DNA from: Azolla caroliniana
Taxonomy: Eukaryota > Plantae > Polypodiophyta
Direction: 5' to 3'
DNA: 64,000 nucleotides
Assembly: GCA_043228905.1 (NCBI GenBank)
Contig: JBHGNT010000004.1
Span: 4,712,001 to 4,776,000, forward strand
Position numbers and translations under genes: made by a program. The notes below the pieces were generated by a model. The model was not told the DNA's origin, did no database searches, and saw nothing but the letters and a program-made list of their open reading frames with translations. Positions within the stretch are counted from its first letter, which is position 1. Each line of letters begins with the position of its first letter. This document shows, piece after piece, positions 25,501 to 36,018 of this stretch.

Positions 25501-28056
25501 CCGAATTACGACAAGCTGAGGATCTTCGGATGCGAGGCGTACGCCCTTATTCCGAAAGATGATCGCCGAAAACTTGCACCTCGGTCCAGGAAATGCATCT
25601 TCCTTGGATATGGATCAGACGGCGAAATGGGATACCGACTCTGGGACCCCGAACGCAGACAAATCGTTCGAAGTTCGGACGTTGTGTTCAACGAGTCGGC
25701 TATGAATCCATCAGTCGAAAAACCGATCGAAGTCCGAAGGGTAACATTTTCCGATGTGCCGACCCTTCAAGAAGGCCCCGCTCTTAACACACGGTCAGCT
25801 TCACGGGTAGCTGAACCTTACACCACCGACTCGGACAACTCTGACTCGGCACAGCAGAATAATTCGCTTTCGGACCATCCGACCTCGATACCCGATGCGA
25901 CCAGTCCAATCATACCTCGACGATCCGAGAGACTGTCGCAACCTCCGGAGAGGTATTCTCTTGGAATTTTCTTCACCGACGCCGGCGAACCGACGTCTTA
26001 CGAAGAAGCATCGACATCTGTCGATTCAGCCACCTGGCATTTGGCGATGGAGTCGGAAATGCACTCCATTTGGGCAAACAAGACTTGGGATCTGGTCGAA
26101 TTACCTAAGAATCGACGTGCTCTTCCTTGCAAGTGGGTTTATCGACTAAAAGAGACGTCTGATTCGACCACCCCAAAGTACAAGGCCAGATTAGTTGCGA
26201 AGGGCTTCCGACAAGAATATGGCGTCGACTTCGACGAGATTTTTTCACCAGTGGTGAAAATGACAACCCTTCGTTTTCTACTCGGCGTAGTGGCAGCCGA
26301 CAACTTGGAGCTGATTCAGCTAGATGTCAAAACAGCCTTCCTCCATGGTGATCTTGAAGAGGAAATTTATATGGAGCAGCCAAAAGGCTTCGTGGCCACT
26401 GGCCAAGAACATCTAGTCTGCCGACTCAGGAAGAGTCTATACGGCCTCAAACAGGCACCGCGACAATGGTACAAGAAGTTCGACGACTTCATCCAATCGA
26501 TCGGCTTCTCAAAAAGCGATGAGGACCATTGTCTTTTTACCACGACAGCTCAAGATGGATCACCCATCTTCCTCATCATTTACGTGGACGACATGCTAAT
26601 TTCTGGACGCCACGCGAGCGAACTTGCCGATCTCATTCGGCAACTGCGGTTGAAGTTTGCCATGAAGGACCTCGGTCCGGCACGACACATACTTGGCATG
26701 AAGATTAGTCGGCATCGCGATAAACGACATCTTTTTTTGTCTCAGACCGACTATATCGGACGTGTCTTGGAACGCTTCAACATGCAATCAGCCAAATCTG
26801 CTTCAACCCCGCTCCCCATGAATCTTCGGCTCTCTCAGCGAGACTGCCCGACATCCGGTCCGGAGGGGGAAGATATGAAGTCGGTACCGTATGCACCGGC
26901 AGTCGGCTCCCTTATGTACCTGATGGTCGCGACACGGCCTGATATCTCTCATGTCGTAGGAGTCGTTAGCAGATTTATGCACAATCCTGGCCGATCGCAT
27001 TGGAACGCAGTCAAGCATGTGTTCAAATATCTGGCTGGCACAAAAGATCACGGCATTCTTTTCGGCCCGAACTCAACCTCAGGCGTAGTCGGTTACACCG
27101 ACTCGGACTTCGCCGGCTGTATAGACAGTCGGAAATCAACAACTGGATACTGCTTCAAATTCGGCAATGGAGCAATTTCGTGGAAGTCGAAACTTCAGGA
27201 GTGCACAGCGACCTCAACGACCGAAGCAGAATATGTAGCTGCGTCCGACGCTGCAAAAGAAGCTTTGTGGCTCGGCCGGCTGGCGCACACGTTCCGACAA
27301 GTCGACCATGACTCGGCCCTAGTTGTCTATAGCGACAGTCAAGGTGCTGTTGCCTTGTCGAGAAATCCGGTTCACCACAACGCCTCCAAACATATCGACG
27401 TTCGATATCACTTCGTTCGGGACTGCGTCATTTCAGGGAAAATCGGTCTAGAGAAAATATCCACAACCGACAATGTCGCAGATGGAATGACCAAGTGTCT
27501 TTCGGCAGACCGCTTTCAGTCCCTTCGGCATCAGATGGGCGTAACGACAAACCAGTCCGGTTAGAGCCGGACACAGCGCAGGATGGTTTCAGACAACCGA
27601 CATCAGTTCCTTAATGATCGGCTTCAACTCTTCCGACCCGACCAGTCCGGTCTTCTGCCTTCGGACCCTGCCGACTCGAGCAAAACTGATATGTCCGAGA
27701 ACCTAGGTTTATACCTGTAATCTTAGATAACCCATGTATACGCCCATTACGGGGGAGTGTCGAATACAAGTGTATAATGGACGTATTCACACTATCCCTT
27801 TGTATAGCTCAAGTTTGGGCCATTTGTGTAATTAGCATAAATGGTAGTTGCCCTAAGTCGTCACTATATAAAGTGACCTAGTAACCTTTTTGTAAGGTTG
27901 GTTGTATTATTCTTTTCTATTATATAGAAAGTCGTTTTGTGCCTCTCTCTCTCTCTCTGTCTCTGTGCACGATCTTGCAAACTGTCATACGCAGGTACTC
28001 AACCCCAATCGAATGCTATTTGATCTTCCGCATCGACACGGCCTTTGTCCTCAACA
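22534..28056 (+). mobile_element. Copia element E, full-length and very young
   Basis: 299-bp LTRs 22534-22832 and 27758-28056 differ at one site by eye (gtcA/gtcG). PBS tggtatcagagcc at 22835, PPT acgggggag at 27749-27757, one intact polyprotein ORF. Flanks gaaag and caacg do not match. Confidence 0.97.
23533..27564 (+). CDS. Copia Gag-Pol polyprotein (intact, 1343 aa from ATG)
   Basis: Motifs in Copia order: zinc knuckle CNYCKKPGHIKADC, protease LLDSGAS, pre-integrase LWHRRLGH, integrase CEHC/LVHSD/RTDNGGEF/NGIAER, RT YKARLVAKG/QLDVKTAFLHG/YVDD, RNase H YTDSD/TTEAEY/KHID. Confidence 0.97.
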   Translation: MASTSGSSKMSLRKFDGSNFNFWKEQMQDYLIVKGQIDPIENEEPPEGYKPIEWQKPDRIVRATIRMHLSKSVYFTVQSCTTAFELWKTLSDTYEKKVAATKMFLIRRLYNLRMKESDSVQAHLNEYESISSQISSQGTTIEDELRAMILMSSLPSSWETFVTIVCNASTTTVKYSEVTSAILTEAARRKSFAKDSTDDAYVVQGSTDRSNIRGRDSSRQPNNQRRRSQSRDNRICNYCKKPGHIKADCRALKNKNDKSQKSDKKSGRHEEINYVSFSADVLPNDPNILSIENPVGSKVLLMTKESSTWLLDSGASFHVTPHRSQFRQYTIRHSDSVRVGNSQHCDIIGIGTVELNLVGGSTLVLCNVRHVPELSRPLISVGQLDEDGIRAGFSSGGWTLHRGNLLLARGPKIHSLYPLHVTLREGNLFLVDIPVSSLWHRRLGHLSKAGITHLSRAGYIPKLSFSDHQFCEHCQYGKQAAASHPTSAPRETRPLDLVHSDVCGPMPHQSLGGASYFVSFIDDLTRKVWAYPIRTKDRVFSIFSDWLAMVENQTDRKLKCFRTDNGGEFKSEEFVKFCRQRGIRREFTAPHSPEQNGIAERMNRTIQERIVSMLQHSGLSDGFWAEALLTAVHIINMSPSRPLGLQIPQELWIGSKPNYDKLRIFGCEAYALIPKDDRRKLAPRSRKCIFLGYGSDGEMGYRLWDPERRQIVRSSDVVFNESAMNPSVEKPIEVRRVTFSDVPTLQEGPALNTRSASRVAEPYTTDSDNSDSAQQNNSLSDHPTSIPDATSPIIPRRSERLSQPPERYSLGIFFTDAGEPTSYEEASTSVDSATWHLAMESEMHSIWANKTWDLVELPKNRRALPCKWVYRLKETSDSTTPKYKARLVAKGFRQEYGVDFDEIFSPVVKMTTLRFLLGVVAADNLELIQLDVKTAFLHGDLEEEIYMEQPKGFVATGQEHLVCRLRKSLYGLKQAPRQWYKKFDDFIQSIGFSKSDEDHCLFTTTAQDGSPIFLIIYVDDMLISGRHASELADLIRQLRLKFAMKDLGPARHILGMKISRHRDKRHLFLSQTDYIGRVLERFNMQSAKSASTPLPMNLRLSQRDCPTSGPEGEDMKSVPYAPAVGSLMYLMVATRPDISHVVGVVSRFMHNPGRSHWNAVKHVFKYLAGTKDHGILFGPNSTSGVVGYTDSDFAGCIDSRKSTTGYCFKFGNGAISWKSKLQECTATSTTEAEYVAASDAAKEALWLGRLAHTFRQVDHDSALVVYSDSQGAVALSRNPVHHNASKHIDVRYHFVRDCVISGKIGLEKISTTDNVADGMTKCLSADRFQSLRHQMGVTTNQSG

Positions 28057-30123
28057 CAACGTATCCCTCATCTTCGACTTCCACATTGAGTAGTTGGAGC
28101 CGGTGAGCTTGAACATGCCGCCAAACGATTCTTCCATTTCCTGTGTTGTTCGCTCTGATACCACTTTGTCGAGAATCATGACCGGCCACAACCAACTTCT
28201 CGTTTGGATGTTCGGGTGCAGGGAACGTAAAGTAGAATGTGCTCAGACAAAGTACGAAAACAGAAATAGCACAAGAGATAGAAACACACGATTTTAACGT
28301 GGAAACCCAAAATGGGAAAAACCACGGGGGTCCACAAACCCTGAGAAACAGAATCACTATGCTAAAAAAAAAAGGAGGAGTAAAACTAGAAGCTTTGAGG
28401 CAACAACCTCGAGATTCTAGTTCGTCAACAGACGGCTATAGAGTTACACACGCTCTCACCCTCACTCACTTACTATTACACAGTTTCAGAGGCAACGACC
28501 TTCTAAGTAACCTTTTTGACAAAAATCACACATCATATGATTGCCCTCAGTACTTATATACTAGTACACCTTTTGGGTTATTTACAAGTGTAGCCCATAA
28601 GGGCATATTTAGACTATTTACAAGTGTAGTCTTTCGAGTTGGCTGTCTACACGATTTCGGATTCGGCCTCGGCCGAGTTCCTCATCAACTCGACTCTTCT
28701 CTTCCCATCCAAAGGGACCTATTTCCTAACAGGTTCAAGTCCTTTGAGGTCCCGCTTCAATAGCACAAGCACACACATTTACACAACAATGTGATGCCAC
28801 TTGAGAGGAGCACATTCTTAAGTTGAGTTTCCCTAATTTTGATTTTTTTATTACAAGAGCAATGTTTTGGAAACATAGATATGTTTTCCCTAAGGCTTGG
28901 GACAAATCCTTACATCAAACCTTAAAAGACATGGTAGTCCAGGAACCTAAAGAGTTTGGTGAGGCAAATCTTGCTTCTGTCAGATCTGATTATCTAAATA
29001 TCCAACATATAACATAAGGTAATATTATTTGGCAGTATGCAAGATCACTGATATTTTATGTCTGTCTCTTTTCCTTTACTCAAAGGTGGTCAATGTGTTT
29101 AAGCATCCTTAAACCATTTTTTTCTTAATCTAAACTCATTGTCTACCATTAGTATTTTGATACCTTTAAGAAGTCTGTAAGGAAGCACTAGATGGCTTTC
29201 TCACCTAGCAATAGAAATGGGAATAATTTGTCATAGTTTGACTCCACAATTATAGTTGAAGTTTGAATTGGCGAAAATTCATTACGTCACATGAATAGAA
29301 AGCATATTGAAGTGCTTCATCTATAAGATAATGCCCTTCCGCCCTTCCATAAACTAGGAAGTGTCAAGTCATGGTAATTGAAATAGTCAAATTCGGTGAA
29401 AGCGTTGTAAGACGAATTATTGGATATCAATATATCTTTTCAACTTTTTATGTCAAGAAGCATGACTTTGTGTACAAGAGGTCACATTGACAGCTAGATT
29501 AGGGAATTGCAAAGCTCATCAAGGATGTCCTCAAATGTATGTAAATAAAGGTTTTTTTATTAATGTTGAACACTATTAATGACTAAATAAGTTGTGGAAG
29601 GACATTATGTGAGTTTGCCTTGATAAGTGAAGCATGACTAAACCAAGGAGAAGTCCACAACAAGTTCGAGATTAACAATGCATTATTAGTACCTTGTACT
29701 TGTCTTTCGGTTCTTACACATATTCACTTAAAGAAAGAACAAGTTATCCTACAATTGAAATGCATTGTTTATAAATTATAATACTAGTGTAATCACATAT
29801 ATTTGATATAACCAAAATGATCATAAATGCACACATGCTATGTATCTTGTCTTTATTTTTCTTTGTCCACCATCATCTTTTATGAGGGCTTATCATCTTT
29901 ATTTTAAGATTTAGAGTATTGTAATTTAAACTTCTAGCTATTGTGGTGTACCTTTGACACTAAAGTTACAAAAAATGGCAATTTATATTTAAAATAAGTA
30001 CGATATACATTATCATTAAATCTTTATTAGATAGTAAATACAACTTCCTTTGCATCCATGCAAAGAGCAAGTTTATTATTTGTTTGATATAAAAACACAA
30101 ACTTGTCAATGCATCATTGACAT

Positions 30124-32335
30124 TCAAGCATGGGTGTGTTCCTTGGTCAACTTGATGTCAAGGCTCCAAGTGTCAAAGGTGCACTTTGTGATGTCGTAAT
30201 AACCAGCGTGGATTGAAACTTTCTTCTCGGTTATAGCCTCCTTAACAATTGGATAAGTGAGACAATTTTGTAGCGAATAATTGATGCACTCCTATTGAAA
30301 ACACAAGTGTGAACATTCTTACGATGTGTAAATAATGGAATATATAGGCAAATCGCACAAAACTTTAAAGTATATATGCTATTCTATAGAAATGTAACTC
30401 ATTACACACTCACCTTCTCAGAAATTGTGCATTGCTCTTCAAAAGTTGCATGTGGGTTGGTCTCCTTCACCTTTTTGCATGCATTCTCAACGATTTTAAA
30501 CCAACTCTTGAAAGTTTCACTGTTGTTTTTAGCCAACAAATCCACTCGTTAATATAGTAATACAATTGCACTGTAAAATGTAATTTTTTATAGTTTGGTA
30601 GTTGTGTATAAGAATTTGACAAAAAATGAAGAAAGATTGTTCATGAGTGTATGCACCTAATTACAACTTTCTCTTCGTGGATTTCTTCATGGAGGGACTT
30701 GACTAAAGCATGAACGCTCTCACACTTTGAGTGTCCGAGGGCTAGGATGTGCTCCACCTTTTACAATATGAACAACAAGATTAATGTCAAATCATATATG
30801 CTAATAAAGGTTAATGACCGTGTTTTGGTGATTACACACAATGTTATACATACATGTCTCATAAAACTCATCTTTAAGAAATACATGGAGATATAATAAT
30901 AAGCATTAAATGGTAATTATACCTTAAGTTGCTTGATTGCATACTCAATTGCAGCACCGATAGAGGGGCAAGGACCCTAAGAATAGATCAAATTAACAAT
31001 GAGCATTAAAAATCTAGTTCCTACTAGGTGTCTACTTTGTAATCAACAAGTTTTGTTGATGAAATCTATGGCAATAATATTGATCAACATTTGTAAGAAT
31101 ACCTCTTCTCCATATGCCGCAATAAAGCCTCCCACATTACGTATGACAATGGCCTCACCAACCTCAAGATTGAGGATTTTGCAAGGGTCCACCCTCGAAT
31201 CACAAGAACTGAAGATGAGATACTGCATGACGACATTGAGATCACATTCCATGAGTTTTATGTTGTACACATTCTACAAAACAAGGATCCATATTAAAAG
31301 AACATTCAATAGAGTTCATTCGGATTTGTACCTTGGGTTTATGGCATTCGGCGATCTTTGCATAGTGTTCTTTCTCGTGCCTATCAAGCAATAATGAAAG
31401 AAATAATTAGTTGTATCATAAAAGGACTCGCATCAAGCTATGAAAGCATGGTACAAGTGGGATGAATTATGTGATATTAAAAAGTTTCAATCAAATTCTA
31501 ACATTTTGTTTAATTAATGTTCATTGTGGATCATATAGTTCATTATAAGAGCTTAGTTTGACGTTGTGGTCGTGAAGAAAAGGAATTCAAGTAATTTTGC
31601 TCACTCGAAATGTTTCTTGAACTTAAGGAACCCGCCTTTGATTTTATCGATGGGATTGATCTCCTCAGCCACACATTCAACCTTCTCCTTGAATTCCTCC
31701 AATTCGGTCCGAAGATGCGTTTCGCATGAGTAAATTTTGTGCTTGATCTGCTCAAGCTCCAAATGGATCTTGATCTTCTCTAATTCTTTGGCCGTCTCCA
31801 ATGCGATGATTAGCGCATTCTTCTTCGCCTTAAGCTCCTCCCATTCGGAGTACAATTTCACGCGCCATTCTAGGTCTTTCACCACCTCCTTCACCTTCTT
31901 GCATGCTACATCTTCAAACTTTGGGCATTTTCTACATCAAAGTATTAAATCATTGTGACCATCAAATTTAAGCATGAAACATAAATCACCACCACCATAT
32001 TAGTTTCTATGAACTTATAGATGTGCCATGACCAACACAATATTCATTATGAATACATCAACTTATAACTCATTTCAAAATATTCTTTAGTTGGTGCAAT
32101 GCAATGGCTAGGTACAAACGTCTAGTCATTAATAATGCAATAGTCATCATGATTAAATTACAAATGTCAACTCAATTAACAAGAATTTCATACTAAAGAG
32201 GTATTATAATATCTGTAAAAATTTAATCGCTTTATGAGCTATGTATGAATAATGTGTCAATTAGTGTCGAGATGCTCACAAAACAATGGATTGCACCTCC
32301 AGGAAGCCTTCTTCAATGCAAGCAATCTTAGCCAT
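30124..32335 (-). CDS. Beta-carbonic-anhydrase-like protein with N-terminal coiled coil and divergent active site, 8 coding exons, 326 aa
   Basis: Exons 32335-32280, 31931-31605, 31380-31332, 31222-31103, 30976-30923, 30757-30657, 30519-30414 and 30291-30124; all GT..AG, phase-consistent, 981 nt, no internal stop. Motifs: PKYLIFSSCDSRVDP, GEAIVIRNVGG, GAAIEYAIKQLKVEHILALGHSKC, FEEQCTISEKECINYSLQNCLTYP, IHAGYYD. The exon 1 donor choice is the least certain. Confidence 0.92.
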
Positions 32336-32339
32336 GAGT

Positions 32340-32622
32340 CTAAAATACAGTAAAGGAAACACAAATTTTCAGATCAGAGTTAGGATTGTAATTAGAAAGT
32401 AGAAAGACAACAATGAAGTTCAATATAGACAGATTGAAATCAATATAATAGTGATCTACACGAATATGTTTACCTTAGATGATAGTACTTAGGTTTATAA
32501 GATAGATTGATTAATAGATAGATAGATAGATAGATAGGATTAACTAAGGATGATAATATTAATATTCAAGATAACTATGAGATGTTTGATATTTGATGGC
32601 TCCCTCGCTAGTGCTTTTTATA
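32340..32622 (-). promoter_or_regulatory. TATA box and probable 5'-UTR intron of the beta-CA-like gene
   Basis: TATAAAAAG on minus at ~32622-32614. Donor ctaag|gtaaac at ~32472 and acceptor ttttag|actcATG just before the start codon. (GATA)n tract in the leader. Confidence 0.6.
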
Positions 32623-35209
32623 AGTGAACGTCAGTAGACCCATTCAATTTCTACATGCCTCCACTTATCATTTTTATTTAATTTATAGATACTTATCCAC
32701 GAAGTCTAGACTTAAAAGAAATATCTTCTCCATGATGACAAGCACATCCATCCATGACTAAAAGTTTCAATGTGTAGGGGTGTTGACATATAAAGGCCCA
32801 TCAGTAGAATCACGAGCTAAAATAACCGTAAATGCACACCTTGTAGATGTTTACAACTTGTACACCGTTTGCGTGAGTGAGTTGTTCGGGATCTCTTCCC
32901 CTTTATGGAAGCCATATAAGTCACGCACTTCATTTCAGACCTAACGAGCTTACCCTACACTTCTTTGTCCCTATAAGTTTTGTTTGTCCTTTTCCTAGGG
33001 CAATGATAGAGCCTTATGCATTGCCACTTAAAGAGTTTGTCAATCCATGTGATTTTGGACCACTAGATCATTGCAATACTTCCTTCTTGGTTTGTGTGTA
33101 CTTGATTTTTATTTTACCCTACCAAATTTTAGCAATGGCTCATATAAGGTGTATGTAAGTGTCACATATCGTAGCCTCCTTTCAATTGGAAATGCATGGG
33201 TCTACGTGACATGTAGTTTGCATTATTAAGAGGAATCAAAGTTTTTTAAGCCTAGGGAGTTATTAGCAAACCACTACGTATTGAAAAAACGATTTTGGTA
33301 TGCACTACTTATAACTTAATTATCCTTGTGAAGCTTATTCTCTCTTACATGAAGATGTGATATGAATGGTATCTATGTATGCATACCCATATGTACATTT
33401 CTCAAGCCTTACTCATAAGTGACTACTTTAATTTTACCCATATGTGTAAATCCTACATTTGTTTTATGTCTAATGTGAATGCACTACATTTTATATGCCA
33501 ATTCCCATGTTCACTAGGTAACACATCAACCTCTAATTTTGTAAATCTAGATGGGTTTATAGGGTTATACTACTAAGAGTAGATGGTTGTGTGTGCATGT
33601 CACATATGGTTTTTGTGTTACTATGTGAAGAAACCGTTTTACTTTCTTCATAAAATATATACCTTCTTCATTACGCATGTGCCATACATGTATCGGACTA
33701 CATCATCCTAACTTTCCATATGAAGAAACACGATAAAGCTCTTAAAGACTCCCTTGCACATCCCAATTTTATGAATTCTCTACATTTTTGGGGGATTCTA
33801 AAAGATGCCTTTAATATTGCTTTTTTGTACTTTTTCTATCATTTTTCTTTTCAACAAGTCCATCCTCCTTTATCTTGGTGATGAGGAATTAAGATTCGGA
33901 AATATATTGTTATATATACAACAACATTTCGTATCTTTGTCGATTTAACCTTTCAAAAAGGATTTGCAATACCAACAAGCATGTATATTGTCAATAATTG
34001 TGTCACATCAAATGTTTGGCCATTTATTTGAAATAGTCCATTTGACATAGTTAGATGCTTCTATTTAACAATAAATTTTGTTAGAAATGCCTATCATTTT
34101 CAACCATTGAATTGCCAAACACGAGTTTGCAAAGTTGTTTTAGAAAAAAAACATATTAGATAGCTTACGATGAAAAGTTGTTTTATGAGGAAATTGATGT
34201 TTAGATTATCTCAACTAAAACGTATGAATATTTATCATAATGAATAAAGTACTAGACTTGTCCAATGTCGACCATTGTGTTGTACTTCAATACAAAAGCC
34301 TTTACCACTATATCTTAGTTACATATACGTATATCACTTTCACAATATGCTTTAGGGTACAATGTCGTCATTTTATTGGCCATATCGTTTTTAATTCCAT
34401 TCAAATCTCAACTTCCAAGCAATAGGAAGAAAGACCCAATCCAAACTTTCTATTAGTAAAAACGAAAAAGGCTCGTTGAACACATGAAAGCCATTATTCA
34501 ATTGTGGAACAATTGTTGAAACTTAGATTCAAACACCTTTAACTTTTGTACAATTGCCTTTAGTACCAAAAGTAGGTGTGCATATAAATATTAAGTTGAT
34601 GCTTGAGGTCGAAGGATGAGACAAGAGATCATTGTTGGGTGTTGGTAAGGAATGTGGATAGTAAGCAATCCACTTTTGAGCATCTACACATGACTACCAT
34701 TGTGGTTCCTTTTTATTATTAATAGCTTGGACCACACTATATTCACTCATATTCTTAATTGTATGGCTACCATTAACAGACTCGCCTGTAAAACAAGAAG
34801 TACTAACACATAAGTGTTAATTATGTGTACTACTCTACACAAACATCATACACACAAATCGTGAAGACTCTTACATTAGATCATTGATACACCGACACTG
34901 GTTCTTATTTCAAATTTGCAATGGACCAACCCAACTTCCCTAGTTTGTTTACGTGCTTTATTTTCTTTCATAAAGCCTTGAAAATGATGTAGGTTGAAAA
35001 TAAACTAAATCAAAATATAATCATAAATATTGCCATATTTTTTAAAATTCTTCCGTAAATGTAGAAAAGGTCACACAAGTTAGCAAAAAGACATTTCATC
35101 CATTACAACATGTCAACAGAGATTTTAAATGGACTTAGGAATCAAGTCTCCATAAGGTTGGTACTTTCTATTTATACATCTCAGCCTTAAACAATGGCTT
35201 TACAAATTC

Positions 35210-35319
35210 ACTCCCCACAACCAAGGTGCTGGAAATCAGAGTGCTCCTAATAAAACAACAACACTCTTAATAAAGATATTAGGAGCACTCTGATTTCCAG
35301 CACCTTGGTTGTGGGGAGT
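35210..35319. repeat. Perfect 43-bp inverted repeat with 24-nt loop
   Basis: actccccacaaccaaggtgctggaaatcagagtgctcctaata (35210-35252) is the exact reverse complement of 35277-35319. Confidence 0.95.
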
Positions 35320-35825
35320 TGAAAACCATACTACTCTTGATAAGACCAATCAACCTAGGATTGTTAAAAAACAATTGTCATAGATGATAGAAAAGAGGAA
35401 AATAGAAGATGATTTTGATAGTCAAAGAAAAAAATACAACTGTATGTGTTTGGAACCAACCATGGCATATGCTCAAGTAGGACAATAATTGTCTATCTAT
35501 ATGTACAAGATCTAAAGTTACTTATACACTAAACTTATGAAATTATGTCATACACAAAAAACAATGAGTCAAACGTGGATGATCTATAGACGCCCTTGTG
35601 CTAAAATTATGTTATGTGGGACAATATTTGACTATATGTGCATGACTTATATAGACAACCATATGCTAAAATGATTTTGTGTCCATGATGTGTGATGCAA
35701 GGCATGATCTAAAGACACACCACGTGCTACAACTATGATACTTTGGCTTATGCGAAAATATGCCCTTTTTTATTAAATCATGGTTAAAGTCAATAATGAT
35801 TTAAAGCAACATTATAATTTATCAT

Positions 35826-36018
35826 AGAAGTTAATATATTTCTCCATTATGAAGCTCAAATATGAAGTAATTACTACAAGAGGTTTACATTAGACATTAT
35901 TATAGAACTTACTATATTTCTCAATTGTGAAGCTCAAATACGAAGTAACTATGAGAGGTTTACATTAGAACTTAATATATTTCTAAATTATGAAGCTCAA
36001 ATACAAAGTAACTACAAG
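35826..36018. repeat. Three degenerate tandem copies of a ~60-75-bp unit
   Basis: agaa(g/c)tta.tatatttct..att.tgaagctcaaata..aagtaa.ta...gaggtttacattaga is repeated three times. Confidence 0.8.

Larger units (their letters stand above)
16257..28731 (-). mobile_element. Copia element A (outer host of nest 1)
   Basis: LTRs 16257-16720 and 28167-28731 (TG..CA), 5-bp TSD ggttc on both sides. PBS tggtatcagagc (tRNA-iMet) on minus next to 28167; PPT complement aactccccct at 16721. Gag stub MEESFGGMFKLTGSNYSMWKSKMRD at 28137-28057; RT-RNaseH remnant at 18067-16730. Confidence 0.95.

Noticed and set aside
28737-29600. Possible LINE remnant that Copia A inserted into (continuing at ~16100-16250)
   Set aside because: Only vague Trp-rich fragments; too decayed to support a call.
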